This document shows, piece after piece, positions 1 through 10,393 of a stretch of 64,000 bases of DNA (positions are counted from its first letter, which is position 1; each line of letters starts with the position of its first letter). The position numbers and the translations under genes were made by a program. Source of the stretch: Gammaproteobacteria bacterium (GTDB lineage Bacteria; Pseudomonadota; Gammaproteobacteria; G965277405); NCBI GenBank assembly GCA_965277405.1, contig OZ255726.1, forward strand, positions 1,920,001 to 1,984,000. Direction: 5' to 3'. Below the pieces are notes generated by a model. That model was not told where the DNA came from. It did not search any database and saw nothing but the letters and a program-made list of their open reading frames with translations.

Positions 1-1
1 T

Positions 2-91
2 GTCGATAGCGCGGGAAAAGTGCGGCTGCACTTTCAAGTCCGCGTCAATGGCGAGCCAGTTGATCCAATGAAATACTTGCCCGCTATTTAA
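2..91 (+). CDS. 3' end of M23-family peptidase / NlpD-like murein hydrolase activator (partial, runs off window)
   Basis: Frame 2 reads VDSAGKVRLHFQVRVNGEPVDPMKYLPAI*, matching the M23 C-terminal LHF..R..G.PVDP..YLP motif. Confidence 0.75.
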   Translation, partial: VDSAGKVRLHFQVRVNGEPVDPMKYLPAI

Positions 92-108
92 TCAGAGGTT
101 ACTAAGAC

Positions 109-1077
109 ATGTTTCGATTCTTCTTTTTATCGAGGAAGTGGCTGGCTTGGGCATGGGGCGGTACATTGTTCTTAGCTATTTCAATATTGGTTCAAGTTCA
201 AATAACTGTTAAAATTAATATATGGTACCGCGACTTTTATAACTTATTACAGAAACCAGAAGAAGGCAGCCTTGAGCAATTTTGGGAATTTATTTGGCAG
301 TTTTCTCACTATGCGTTTCCGTATGTAATCATCGCCACATTCACCGCTTGGTTTACCCGAATGTATTCATTAAAATGGCGCGAAGCGATGACATGGGGCT
401 TTATACCGTTGTGGCAACAAGTTACACACGAAATAGAAGGTTCGAGCCAACGAATTCAAGAGGATGCATTTCGCTTTGCACGTATCATGGAATCATTGGC
501 ATTATCAGTATTTCGAGCAATACTGACATTGATTAGCTTTATCCCAATACTTTGGGGTCTTTCTGAGAATGTTGAAATACCTATTTTAAAGAATATTACT
601 GGGTCACTTGTCTGGCTTGCCTTGCTGGTTTCGGTAGGTGGTTTGATAATCAGTTGGTTTGTCGGTATTAAATTGCCAACGCTCGAATACAACAACCAAA
701 AGGTTGAAGCAGCATTTCGTAAAGAATTGGTATACGCCGAAGACAACAAGCGCGACTATGGTCATACTGAAACGCTGCTGCAACTGTTTATTGGTGTCAA
801 ATTCAATTATCGAAAACTATATTTCCATTATGGCTACTTCGACATTTGGAGTAATATTTTTGAACAGATCATGATCATCTTTCCATTGATAATCATGGGA
901 CCATCGTTATTCGCAGGTGTCATCACCTTTGGCATTATTACCCAAGTCAGTAATGCGTTTGACAGGGTTCGCGATTCATTTTCTATTTTCATCTTACGTT
1001 GGACAGATATTACTGAAATGCGCTCTATTCATAAACGGATCAAAGAGTTTGAACATAATTTAGTAACCGCTAAATAA
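109..1077 (+). CDS. sbmA: SbmA/BacA-family peptide transporter (membrane domain only)
   Basis: 322 aa, multiple TM segments, SQRIQED and LEYNNQKVEAAFRKELV motifs, no nucleotide-binding domain. Confidence 0.8.
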   Translation: MFRFFFLSRKWLAWAWGGTLFLAISILVQVQITVKINIWYRDFYNLLQKPEEGSLEQFWEFIWQFSHYAFPYVIIATFTAWFTRMYSLKWREAMTWGFIPLWQQVTHEIEGSSQRIQEDAFRFARIMESLALSVFRAILTLISFIPILWGLSENVEIPILKNITGSLVWLALLVSVGGLIISWFVGIKLPTLEYNNQKVEAAFRKELVYAEDNKRDYGHTETLLQLFIGVKFNYRKLYFHYGYFDIWSNIFEQIMIIFPLIIMGPSLFAGVITFGIITQVSNAFDRVRDSFSIFILRWTDITEMRSIHKRIKEFEHNLVTAK

Positions 1078-1226
1078 TCTGCCAATTAAGCCGCTGATGC
1101 AGCGACTTTGCCTGCAATGGCGGATGATTACTGGGCGCAAACCGTTGCATATACGCCAAGCGATGCTCACAGTAAGCGCAGCGTTTTTGCTCCGTCTCGC
1201 CCATCATCGACTTAATCAGAGGCTCC
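1074..1226 (+). mobile_element. Internally deleted, degenerate copy of the window's MITE family
   Basis: ATTAAGCCGCTGATGCAGCGACTTTGCCTGCAAT...GCATATACGCCAAG...CTCCGTCTCGCCCATCATCGACTTAATCAGAGGCTCC aligns with both ends of the 55320/56107/63415 copies. Confidence 0.8.
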
Positions 1227-1273
1227 CAAACACCAAGCTAAGGTCGGTTGTAACCGCAGCGCTTGATCATTAT

Positions 1274-1347
1274 TGCTATATTTATCATGCTATATTTATC
1301 ATGCTATATTTATCATGCTATATTTATCATGCATGCTATATTTATCA
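1274..1347. repeat. 14-bp tandem repeat (TGCTATATTTATCA) x5
   Basis: Four contiguous exact units, a TGCA insert, then a fifth unit. Confidence 0.95.
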
Positions 1348-1704
1348 TGATTGTTGCCAGAATTGGTGGTGGGGTGTATTCCTGATTTTATCTTTTGGGT
1401 CATGGTCTAGCAGTTTATAAAATAATTGTTGCTAACAGGGGGAAAACATTACCGCTCTGATTAAGCACAGCCCAGACCCTGAAATTGCCCGATATAGTTG
1501 CCAGTTTGCCACGTGACTTTGCTACCATACGCGACCTTGAAATGTTTTTTTGTGCAGAAAAATCATTCCGAGAAATCATTGACGTCTACCTAGAGGATGA
1601 GATGGGCGGAATGCTCTCACTATATGCGCCTAGCTAAAGCTGTCAAAAACCCTGTGGTATGCGCAGCACATCACTTGGATTATTAATCTTTTAGGAGGAA
1701 TTAA

Positions 1705-2673
1705 ATGAAACATACTTTTATAGCCCTTGCCACAAGTCTTGCCGTAATGAGTACTGCAGTACAAGCGCAACAGTCCATAGTTATCGGGCATTCGCTCTCA
1801 CCAACCTCACATTACGGTATCGGCGCTGCGGCTTTTATTGCCAAGCTTGGTGAGTTGTCGGACGGAGCGTTTACCGGTAGTCAAGCTCCCGCAGGTCAAT
1901 TGGGCGGGGAACGGGATATGATCGAGGGAGTGCAAATCGGCTCGCTTGATGTTGTGATTACCTCAACCGGACCCTTGGGCAATTTCGTCCCTGAGGTATA
2001 TGCGTTGGACCTACCGTTTTTATTCCGTGATTATGACCATGCTCGCAAAGTTCTTGATGGGGCGATCGGCAAGGAATTACTGGAGAAGATCAACGACAAT
2101 GATTTGGTTGGTCTGGCATGGTCAGAGAACGGTTTTCGCCATATTACCAATTCGAAGCGAGCAGTGCGTACACCTGCAGACCTCAAAGGTCTCAAGCTGC
2201 GGACTATGGAAAATCGCGTGCATATGGAAGTTTTCTCTTTAATGGGTGCTGCGCCAACACCGATGGCTTTTCCAGAGTTGTTCACGGCGCTGCAGCAAGG
2301 CGTGGTTGATGGACAGGAAAACCCCATAGCTACTATCACAGCCGCAAAGTTCTGGGAGGTACAAGGCTATCTTTCCTTAACTGGTCATGTGTATTCACCA
2401 CTCGCCATTCTTGCTGCGCCAAGCCTGATCGAGAGTCTGACCGCAGCGCAGCGCGGTTGGTTCTTTGCGGCAGCCGCAGCCTCTGTTGCGGCCACTCGTG
2501 CCGCAGTAGATCGTCTTGAAGAAGCTGGTGTTGCGCTATTGCGCAACAAAGGAATGGCAGTCATCACCGATATTGACAAGGCAGCATTCGCCAAACTGGC
2601 ACAGCCCGCGTATGCGATCTATACCGACAAGTACGGTCCTACATTAGTCGAGCGCATCCAAGCTGTTGAGTAG
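1705..2673 (+). CDS. dctP: TRAP transporter substrate-binding protein (DctP family)
   Basis: Signal peptide; GQLGGERDMIEG, ENGFRHITN, DLKGLKLR, ALQQGVVDGQENP motifs; AGGAGG RBS. Confidence 0.92.
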   Translation: MKHTFIALATSLAVMSTAVQAQQSIVIGHSLSPTSHYGIGAAAFIAKLGELSDGAFTGSQAPAGQLGGERDMIEGVQIGSLDVVITSTGPLGNFVPEVYALDLPFLFRDYDHARKVLDGAIGKELLEKINDNDLVGLAWSENGFRHITNSKRAVRTPADLKGLKLRTMENRVHMEVFSLMGAAPTPMAFPELFTALQQGVVDGQENPIATITAAKFWEVQGYLSLTGHVYSPLAILAAPSLIESLTAAQRGWFFAAAAASVAATRAAVDRLEEAGVALLRNKGMAVITDIDKAAFAKLAQPAYAIYTDKYGPTLVERIQAVE

Positions 2674-2738
2674 CGCAATAATTGTCAGGGGGGTTGGTAT
2701 TACCGCGTCTGGCTTGCTTTTTACGATAGTAATAAGGG

Positions 2739-3245
2739 GTGATTATCCGCTATTTTCTACATTTTGAGAATTTTATGACTGGGGTCGCCCGCCGGCTATC
2801 AATCGGTTTTCTGGTGATTGCTGCGAGTCTTGCTTTCTACCAAGTTGTAACTCGTTTTGCATTTGGCGCACCTTCTACTTGGTCAGAAGTAATTACACGC
2901 TCGGCAATGATATGGTCGGTGTTTCTTGGTGTGGCCGTTGCGTTTAGACACGGGGCCATGATTGCAGTTGAGGTAATCCAAAACCTGCTCTCATACCGCT
3001 TGGGCTTGGCTCTGTTTATTCTCGCCAATGTTGGCTCACTTATCTTTTTCGCAGTACTATTATGGCAGGGCTGGCTCATGACGCTGCGTGTCATCCCGCA
3101 AAATTTGGCCGCGCTTGAGTTGTCAATCGCATGGGTGTATGCCGCACTACCGGTTGGATCTATCTTTATTCTAGTGTCCATCCTTGCCTCAATGGTGCGC
3201 GCGGTGCAGGGCGATTGGATTGCAGCCAGTCAAGCAAATTCATAG
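2739..3245 (+). CDS. dctQ: TRAP transporter small permease (DctQ)
   Basis: Four TM helices, QVVTRF...WSEVITR motif, position between dctP and dctM. Confidence 0.88.
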   Translation: MIIRYFLHFENFMTGVARRLSIGFLVIAASLAFYQVVTRFAFGAPSTWSEVITRSAMIWSVFLGVAVAFRHGAMIAVEVIQNLLSYRLGLALFILANVGSLIFFAVLLWQGWLMTLRVIPQNLAALELSIAWVYAALPVGSIFILVSILASMVRAVQGDWIAASQANS

Positions 3246-3247
3246 CT

Positions 3248-4528
3248 ATGAATACTGCACTCGGGCTATCTCTTGTGATCCTTTTCATCCTCGGTGTGCC
3301 GATAGCGGTGGCGATTGGACTTGCGTCAATCATCGGCATCGAGGCGCAGGGTAGCCTGCCGTTGTTGTTGGTGGCTCAGCGCATGTTTACTGGCATCGAC
3401 AAATTCCCACTCATGGCAATTCCTTTGTTTATTCTCGCTGGAAATCTGATGTCTGCAGGCGGAATTTCCCATCGACTGGTGGAACTTGCCAAGTCATTAG
3501 TTGGCGGCGTCCAAGGCGGTCTAGCATGTACATGTGTCCTTACTTGCATGCTGTTTGCCTCGGTTTCTGGATCTTCAGTAGCAACGACTTTTGCGATTGG
3601 TGCCATCCTCATTCCGTCGATGGTACGGCATAATTATCCCAAGGCGTTTGCCGCATCTATCCAAGCATCCTCAGCCGAACTCGGTGTGCTGATTCCGCCG
3701 TCAATCCCGCTCATTCTCTACGGTGTATCGACGGATACATCTGTTGGTAAATTGTTCATTGCTGGTTTGGGGCCAGGTCTTCTTGTTGCAGCATCGTTGC
3801 TGCTACTCGTCCTAGTGATTTGCCGCATACGTGGTATAGGCAAAGAGGATGGATCGGGGCGTGTCAGCCCAAGTGCCGCGTTTTTCCGCGCATTCCCTGC
3901 CTTGCTCATCCCTGTTGTAATCCTTGGTGGAATTTATACTGGCATCTTCACTCCAACCGAAGCCAGTGCTGCTGCTGTCGCCACTGCTATAATCGTTGGG
4001 ATGGGGCTTTACCGTGAACTCAAGTTGCGTGACCTTCCAGATATTCTTACAAAAACGATTATTTCGTCATCGGTAATCATGGTTATCATTGCAGCGGCCG
4101 CGCTGTTTTCTTTCCTAATCACCCGTTCAGGTCTACCGCATGAGATTGCAATATGGTTTCGAGATGTTTTCGATAATCAGATCGCATTTCTGTTGGCTAT
4201 TAACATTCTTCTCCTCATAGTCGGCATGTTTATCGAGACGTCAGCGGCAATCCTTATTTTTGCTCCCATCCTCACGCCTATAGCATTAGCGTATGGTGTA
4301 GATCCAGTGCATTTTGGTCTGATCATCGTTGTCAATCTTGCCCTTGGGATGATTACACCCCCACTCGGCGTCAATCTTTTCGCCGCCTGCGCTGTCGCTA
4401 ACTTACGTGTTGAGAAAATCATCCCTGAGTTGGTCTGGTTTGTAGTTACGGTATTTATGGCGCTAATGATTATTACGTATGTCCCAGCAATCACGCTGTG
4501 GCCAGTACAACTTGTCTTTGGAAAATAG
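3248..4528 (+). CDS. dctM: TRAP transporter large permease (DctM)
   Basis: LMAIPLFILAGNLM, SGSSVAT, LIPPSIP, TPTEA, GMITPP motifs; ATG 3248 chosen over upstream ORF start. Confidence 0.92.
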   Translation: MNTALGLSLVILFILGVPIAVAIGLASIIGIEAQGSLPLLLVAQRMFTGIDKFPLMAIPLFILAGNLMSAGGISHRLVELAKSLVGGVQGGLACTCVLTCMLFASVSGSSVATTFAIGAILIPSMVRHNYPKAFAASIQASSAELGVLIPPSIPLILYGVSTDTSVGKLFIAGLGPGLLVAASLLLLVLVICRIRGIGKEDGSGRVSPSAAFFRAFPALLIPVVILGGIYTGIFTPTEASAAAVATAIIVGMGLYRELKLRDLPDILTKTIISSSVIMVIIAAAALFSFLITRSGLPHEIAIWFRDVFDNQIAFLLAINILLLIVGMFIETSAAILIFAPILTPIALAYGVDPVHFGLIIVVNLALGMITPPLGVNLFAACAVANLRVEKIIPELVWFVVTVFMALMIITYVPAITLWPVQLVFGK

Positions 4529-4544
4529 CTGATTGCTGATTAAC

Positions 4545-4780
4545 TTTGTTGGTCTTGTCTCGATGGGGCTTGGTATGGCAAGCGCAGTTTTGCGCGGTGG
4601 GTAAAAGATCTAGGTATCGTCTTGGATATCGCAAAATCAGCGAAATGCAGCGCGCCTATAACCGCTGCATCTTTGCAGCAGTTGTTGGCAGCATCGGGTT
4701 CTGGCTTGGGTAAACTTGACGACGCTGCCGTTGCGAAGGTCTATACGCGCAATGCCAACCTTAAATGCCTGATGCCAAAC
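4545..4780 (+). pseudogene. ltnD: L-threonate dehydrogenase (LtnD / 3-hydroxyisobutyrate dehydrogenase family) remnant with large internal deletion
   Basis: N-terminal Rossmann fragment VGLVSMGLGMASAVLRGG joined out of frame at ~4600 to C-terminal VKDLGIVLDIAKSAK...AASGSGLGKLDDAAVAKVY. Confidence 0.7.
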
Positions 4781-4784
4781 AGGA

Positions 4785-4853
4785 ATGAGCAGCATGCTAC
4801 TGGGATGCAGCGGTGATGATTTAACAGGTTTGAGTGATCTTGCCAACACTTAG
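4785..4853 (+). pseudogene. otnK: N-terminal stub of 3-oxo-tetronate kinase (OtnK, four-carbon acid sugar kinase family)
   Basis: MSSMLLGCSGDDLTGLSDLANT* matches the family N-terminal LGCIADDFTGATDLAN motif; truncated where AT-rich DNA begins. Confidence 0.7.
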
Positions 4854-5152
4854 ACTCCCAAATAACAACCGATAAATGGACTAGTTATAAGGCATTACAA
4901 AAATGTTCGAGAATATCAATCAAATATATTCTGGTGAAAAAGGAGGTAATTTGCTAGAGTTACGCAGAGTGATTATGAACCTTAAATCATGGCTAAGAGG
5001 ATACATCATCATGTAAAAAATTTTAAGATTATTTAGATGAACATTGTTATCTTTTTAATATAAGTTTTATGAAAGAAACTATATTTGACAATCTTTTAAA
5101 CTGAATTATTATAGAAAACTTGTTGTATTAAAAATCTTAGTGATTAAATGCC
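4854..5152 (+). mobile_element. IS1595-family transposase C-terminal remnant with probable right TIR
   Basis: Frameshifted ITTDKWTSYK...SGEKGGN..EL.RVIMNLKSWLRG.IHHHV...YLDE.CY.FN.SFMKETIFDNL; ends TAGTGATTAAATGCC (revcomp starts GGC, as IS1595 TIRs do). Confidence 0.7.
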
Positions 5153-5209
5153 TATACCAATAGTTTATAAGTAGTTATAAATTCCAATTATTTCGATTGC
5201 AAAATCAAT

Positions 5210-5273
5210 CATTTACACATTTACACATTTACACATTTACACATTTACACATTTACACATTTACACATTTACA
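5210..5273. repeat. 8-bp simple sequence repeat (CATTTACA) x8
   Basis: Eight exact contiguous units, ~220 bp upstream of hsdM. Confidence 0.95.
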
Positions 5274-5344
5274 GATAGGAAGATAATATGCCATTATTTC
5301 AAAATACAGTCATTCAGTAACACTTAAAAAATAAAAAAGAGAGA

Positions 5345-5474
5345 GATAAAATTGTCTTTGGTAAAATAAGCTGACTGCGAAGACTGTTTTTTAGCAGAAC
5401 AACAAAAAGCAGCTGTAATAGATACCCAAATTGAGCAAACAGATAATCAAATAGCTGCAATCTATAATAATTAA
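5345..5474 (+). pseudogene. C-terminal remnant resembling a Type IIG (Eco57I-like) restriction-modification enzyme
   Basis: KLSLVK*ADCEDCFLAEQQKAAVIDTQIEQTDNQI resembles the coiled-coil tail (KLSL..EAEWEDYF..EQQKA..I..QI.QTD.EID) recalled for such enzymes; internal stop. Confidence 0.5.
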
Positions 5475-5494
5475 GCCTTAACTATAAAAATATA

Positions 5495-8116
5495 ATGTCC
5501 TTCGAAAAAAAACAAAAACTAACACTACCAAAATTAGAATCTCTCCTGCTAAAAGCCTGCGACGAATTACGTGGCAAAATGGACGCTTCAGAATACAAAG
5601 AGTTCATTTTTGGAATGCTCTTTTTAAAACGTGCCAACGATAAATTTATCGAGGAACGCAAAAAGCTAACAGTTGGATACGTAAAAAGTAATATGCCTGC
5701 TGACCTTACTAAGGGTCAGCTTATCAACCCTACCATGTACGATTTCTATGTGCCTCCCATTGCTAGATGGACGTTAACTGATAAGGAAAAACAGGAAATA
5801 GCGAAGGATATTGATAAAGACAATCGAGAATTTAAAGGTATTCTTCACCTTAAAAAAAATGTAGGTTCTGGCTTAAACAAAGCACTTCATGCCATTGAAG
5901 ATGCGAAACCTGAAGTTTTTGAAGACGTGCTTAAAAACATCAACTACAACCGTAAGGTAGGTAAAAAAACCATTGATGATGCTAAGTGGGTAGCGTTTAT
6001 AGAAAAATTTAACGACATCCCTTTAAGAGATGAAGATTTCGAATTCCCAGATTTGTTAGGTGCAGCCTACGAATTTTTAATAAAGTATTTTGCGGATAGT
6101 GCTGGTAAAAAAGGAGGAGAATTCTATACGCCTTTTGAGGTCGTTAATTTAATGACTAGAATACTTGCACCTAAACAAGGAATGAGTATTTATGACCCAG
6201 CAGTTGGTTCTGGGGGTATGCTCATTCAAGCTAAAGACTTTGTTTCAGAAAACGGTGGTAATCCTCGCGATCTTTGTTTTTTCGGGCAAGAAGATAGCGG
6301 AACTACTTGGGCAATTTGTAAAATGAATATGATTCTCCACGGTATTCGTGATGCAGATATCCGTAATGAAGATACCATTAAAAACCCTGAACATATTGAA
6401 GACGGCAAACTAATGGTCTTCGACAGAGTAATTGCCAACCCACCGTTTTCGCAAAACTACTCTAAAAAGGAAATGAAACATCCTGAGCGTTTCCATACGT
6501 TTATGCCAGAAGGCGGTAAAAAGGCAGACTTTATGTTTGTTCAACATATGGCAAGTGTGCTTAAGAACAATGGAAAAATGGCGGTGGTAATGCCTCATGG
6601 AGTATTATTCCGCTCAGCTGATGAAAAAGAATGTAGAGCTAAATTTATTAGCAGAGGTATTTTAGAAGCCATAATTGGTTTACCAGCGGGCTTGTTTTAC
6701 GGTACAGGAATTCCAGCATGTATTATGGTGTTTAATAAAAATGGAGCTAAAGACCGAAAAGAGATTCTTTTTATTAACGCTGATGCAGAATATAAGGAAG
6801 GTAAAAACCAAAACAAACTGCGTCCAGAGGATATTGAAAAAATAACCAATACCTATAACACCAAAACAGAAATATCAAAATACAGCCGAAGTATTCCTAT
6901 TTCTGAGATTCAAGATGAAGACTACAACCTCAACATCCGTAGGTATGTAGATAATTCTCCAGAGCCTGAACCGCACAATGTAAAAGCGCATCTTAACGGT
7001 GGTATTCCACGTGAAGAAGTCGAAGCTCTCAATACACAATCTGAGTCCTTATTTAATCTTAACAACAGCTTGTTTGATACAAATGATGGTGATTTTTACG
7101 CTTTTACGCAAGCGGTTCTCAGTAAAGACAGTATCAAAGAAATTATTGAAAACAGCGTTAAAGTACAACAAAAATATGTCGAATATAAAACACATATAAA
7201 TGACTGGTGGAATAAGTACAATGCCGATTTTGAAGACTTACCCGACACCAAAATCCCAGCGTTATTACGTAAAAAAGTAATGCCCGCTATAATAGAAGAC
7301 TTAAAATCTTTTGGTGCTTTAGACAGGCACGAAATACGCGGTGCCTTTGCACAGTTTTGGGACGACTTAAAATTTGATTTTAAAAGTGTTGCTGCTAGTG
7401 GTTGGGGAGCAGAATTAATCCCTGAAAAGGATATTCTACAAAGCCAATTTCCTGAAGTATTAAAACAAATAGAAAACGATAAAACACGTATTGCAGAGCT
7501 AGCAGGTTTGTTTAGTACGGCAGATGACGAAGATTATGAAGATGAAAACGACACAGGCATCTTAGCTAAGGAAACTGTAAAAGGCTTAAAAGAAACATTA
7601 AAAACACAAAACACTAATATTAGAGTCTTTAAAAAGGAACTAAAAGGACTAAAAGCAGCTTTTAAAACATTAGAAAAAAGTGAATCCGCAGATGCTATAG
7701 AGATAGCAACTATCACCCAAAAAATTGAGCAACTAGAAAGCACCCAGCTCATACAAGCAGAGCAAAAAAAAACAGAAATAGATGCCCAATTAGAAAAGCA
7801 CAGCACCTTAAACAAAGAACTAAGAGAACTAAAATCTAATATTAAAACTGTTGAAAATACAAAAGACAAACTAGTAGCAGCGGCACGTGCGAAAATTACT
7901 GCAAAAGAAGCCAAAGCCTTAATTTTAGAGCGTTGGTTAAACAGCTTACAACAGCAATATAAAGGCTATGTAAAAGCTTTTATAAACGATTATACTACTA
8001 AGGTACAAAATCTATATACCAAGTATAACTTAACAATAAAATCTATTCTAAAAAGTAGAGATGCTGATGCTGAAAAATTAAACGAATTTTTAATGGAGTT
8101 GGGGTATGAAGGGTAA
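5495..8116 (+). CDS. hsdM: Type I RM methyltransferase subunit M with long C-terminal coiled-coil extension
   Basis: [36 protein letters not shown] (N6-adenine MTase motif IV), [10 protein letters not shown]. Confidence 0.95.
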   Translation: MSFEKKQKLTLPKLESLLLKACDELRGKMDASEYKEFIFGMLFLKRANDKFIEERKKLTVGYVKSNMPADLTKGQLINPTMYDFYVPPIARWTLTDKEKQEIAKDIDKDNREFKGILHLKKNVGSGLNKALHAIEDAKPEVFEDVLKNINYNRKVGKKTIDDAKWVAFIEKFNDIPLRDEDFEFPDLLGAAYEFLIKYFADSAGKKGGEFYTPFEVVNLMTRILAPKQGMSIYDPAVGSGGMLIQAKDFVSENGGNPRDLCFFGQEDSGTTWAICKMNMILHGIRDADIRNEDTIKNPEHIEDGKLMVFDRVIANPPFSQNYSKKEMKHPERFHTFMPEGGKKADFMFVQHMASVLKNNGKMAVVMPHGVLFRSADEKECRAKFISRGILEAIIGLPAGLFYGTGIPACIMVFNKNGAKDRKEILFINADAEYKEGKNQNKLRPEDIEKITNTYNTKTEISKYSRSIPISEIQDEDYNLNIRRYVDNSPEPEPHNVKAHLNGGIPREEVEALNTQSESLFNLNNSLFDTNDGDFYAFTQAVLSKDSIKEIIENSVKVQQKYVEYKTHINDWWNKYNADFEDLPDTKIPALLRKKVMPAIIEDLKSFGALDRHEIRGAFAQFWDDLKFDFKSVAASGWGAELIPEKDILQSQFPEVLKQIENDKTRIAELAGLFSTADDEDYEDENDTGILAKETVKGLKETLKTQNTNIRVFKKELKGLKAAFKTLEKSESADAIEIATITQKIEQLESTQLIQAEQKKTEIDAQLEKHSTLNKELRELKSNIKTVENTKDKLVAAARAKITAKEAKALILERWLNSLQQQYKGYVKAFINDYTTKVQNLYTKYNLTIKSILKSRDADAEKLNEFLMELGYEG

Positions 8117-9380
8117 TATATTTAAAAAAAATCTAAGAATAATTTCAGGGTTTAATTCTTTTCCTGATAGTTGGAAACCTATCTCTGTCAAAACAGTTTT
8201 TGATATAGGAAGAGGAAGAATAATAAGCCAAGACGAAATAAATAATTATCCTGGGGTTTATCCAGTATACTCATCTCAAAGTTTTAATAATGGTGAAATG
8301 GGTAGGATAGATACTTATGATTTTAATAGAGAATTAATTACTTGGACTACTGATGGGGCAAATGCTGGAACTATATTTCATAGAAAGGGAAAATTTAATT
8401 GCACAAATGTTTGTGGAACTCTTGCCCCAAAAGGAGAATTTGATTTAAACTTATCATTTTTCAAATATCATTTAGAAAGAATAAGTAAAAAACATGTTTC
8501 CTATATCGGAAATCCAAAGCTTATGAATGATGTTATAGGTAGAATAGTCTTACCTGTGCCAAAAATTGAATCCCAACAAAAAATAGCAAAAATCCTAAAC
8601 ACCGTTGATGCTGTTATAGAAAAAACCGAGCAAGCCATTACCAAATACCAAGCCATTAAAAAAGGGATGACGCACGATTTATTTACTCGTGGCATAGATT
8701 TAAAAACAGGGCAATTAAGACCTAGTTATAAAGATGCACCAGAGTTGTATAAAAAAAGTACGTTGGGGATGATTCCGAAAGATTGGGAATACACCAAATT
8801 AGGAAGCAAAGGATCTTTCAGAAAGGGTAATAATATTCTAAAATATAATTTATCTAGCACTGGAAAGGGATGCATCCTTTACGGACAAATTTACACTCAT
8901 TACGACGATTTAGTTGAAACCTTTGATAGCAAAATACCAAAGGAACTTTCGATAGGAATGTCAGTTCTGAAAAAGGGAGATATTCTTTTTGCTGCCTCTG
9001 GTGAGACTCATGAGGATATAGGAAAATGTATTACTTATATAGGTAATGATGAAGTTTATCCAGGTGGAGATATAGTAATATTAAGTTTATTTAAAGAAAA
9101 CCAGCCTATTTTTTTCGGGTACTACTTAAATCACGAATCTATTCAAAAACAAAAAGCTAAACTTGGTCAAGGAAGTTCTGTAATTCATATTTACAAAGGT
9201 CATCTTGAAGCAATTGATATTTCAGTTCCTAAACCAAATGAGCAAAATAAAATATCTAAAAAGTTAATTCAGATTGATTTATTAATTAAGAATGAACAAA
9301 AAAACCTATCTAAACACCAAAACATAAAAAAAGGCTTAATGCAAGATTTATTAACAGCTAAAGTAGAAGTAACCGTTTAA
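8106..9380 (+). CDS. hsdS: Type I RM specificity subunit S
   Basis: Two TRDs with conserved P...EQ.KI and KKG.M.DL.T helices; overlaps hsdM stop. Confidence 0.93.
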   Translation: MKGNIFKKNLRIISGFNSFPDSWKPISVKTVFDIGRGRIISQDEINNYPGVYPVYSSQSFNNGEMGRIDTYDFNRELITWTTDGANAGTIFHRKGKFNCTNVCGTLAPKGEFDLNLSFFKYHLERISKKHVSYIGNPKLMNDVIGRIVLPVPKIESQQKIAKILNTVDAVIEKTEQAITKYQAIKKGMTHDLFTRGIDLKTGQLRPSYKDAPELYKKSTLGMIPKDWEYTKLGSKGSFRKGNNILKYNLSSTGKGCILYGQIYTHYDDLVETFDSKIPKELSIGMSVLKKGDILFAASGETHEDIGKCITYIGNDEVYPGGDIVILSLFKENQPIFFGYYLNHESIQKQKAKLGQGSSVIHIYKGHLEAIDISVPKPNEQNKISKKLIQIDLLIKNEQKNLSKHQNIKKGLMQDLLTAKVEVTV

Positions 9381-9392
9381 GAAAGTAAGCTT

Positions 9393-10373
9393 ATGCAATC
9401 AGAAATTATTATTTACCAAACTGAAGACGGGCAAACCAAAATACAAACGCGTTTAGAAAACGAAACAGTATGGCTATCGCAACAGCAAATTAGTGCGCTT
9501 TTTCAACGTGAGCGTAGTGTTATTACCAAGCACATTAGCAACATCTTTAAAGAAGGCGAGCTGGAAGAAAAAAGCAATGTGCAAATTTTGCACATTAGTG
9601 GCTCAGACCGTCCTGTTAAGTTGTATAACTTAGATGTTGTTATTTCGGTTGGTTACCGAGTAAAATCTCATAGAGGTGTCCAGTTTCGCCAATGGGCAAC
9701 CGCACGAATAAAAGAATACATTGTCAAAGGCTTTACCATAAATGACGATTTGCTCAAAGAAGCAGGTGGTGGCAATTATTTTGATGAGTTACTGGAGCGT
9801 ATTAGAGACATACGCTCATCAGAAAAAGTATTCTGGCGTAAAGTATTAGATATTTATGCTACAAGTGTTGATTACAACCCTAAGGCACAAGTATCACAAA
9901 CTTTTTTTAAAACCATACAAAACAAAATGCATTGGGCTGCACACGGTAACACCGCAGCAGAGGTTATTTACCAGCGTGTAAACGCAAGCACAGATAAACT
10001 AGGCTTAACTAATTACAAAGGCGAAAAACCTACTAAAAAAGAAACAGAAGTTGCTAAAAACTATTTAAATAAAGAAGAGTTAAATATTCTTAATCGTATC
10101 GTCACTGCATATTTAGAAATGGCAGAATTACAAGCCCTAAACCGCAACCCAATGTATATGGAAGATTGGGTAACAAAACTAGACAATTTCTTAAAAATGA
10201 CAGGTAATAATGTGCTAGATAATGCAGGAAGCATCAGCCATAAAAAAGCCATAGAAAAAGCACATAATGAATACGAAAATTTTATGCTAAAAATCAAAGA
10301 CGGCTTAAGTAAAGTAGAAAATGATTTTATTCAGCAAATAGATGCTACTGCAAAGCTATTGAAGAAAAAATAA
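9393..10373 (+). CDS. RhuM-family (virulence-associated) protein
   Basis: ETVWLSQQQI..LFQ, KHISNIFKEGEL, YNLDVVISVGYRVKS.RG.QFRQWAT, RIRDIRSSEKVF. Confidence 0.88.
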   Translation: MQSEIIIYQTEDGQTKIQTRLENETVWLSQQQISALFQRERSVITKHISNIFKEGELEEKSNVQILHISGSDRPVKLYNLDVVISVGYRVKSHRGVQFRQWATARIKEYIVKGFTINDDLLKEAGGGNYFDELLERIRDIRSSEKVFWRKVLDIYATSVDYNPKAQVSQTFFKTIQNKMHWAAHGNTAAEVIYQRVNASTDKLGLTNYKGEKPTKKETEVAKNYLNKEELNILNRIVTAYLEMAELQALNRNPMYMEDWVTKLDNFLKMTGNNVLDNAGSISHKKAIEKAHNEYENFMLKIKDGLSKVENDFIQQIDATAKLLKKK

Positions 10374-10393
10374 TATAACCATCACAAATAATT

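Noticed and set aside
1274-1347. Possible CRISPR array (also 5210-5273)
   Set aside because: Contiguous short units with no unique spacers and no cas genes
1097-1420. 107-aa ORF
   Set aside because: Translation of a MITE remnant plus the 14-bp tandem repeat; no protein features
8106-9380. hsdS shufflon driven by the Rci-like recombinase
   Set aside because: Single hsdS, no silent TRD cassettes or inverted repeats seen; the recombinase is ~14 kb away, frameshifted and in a phage-like context
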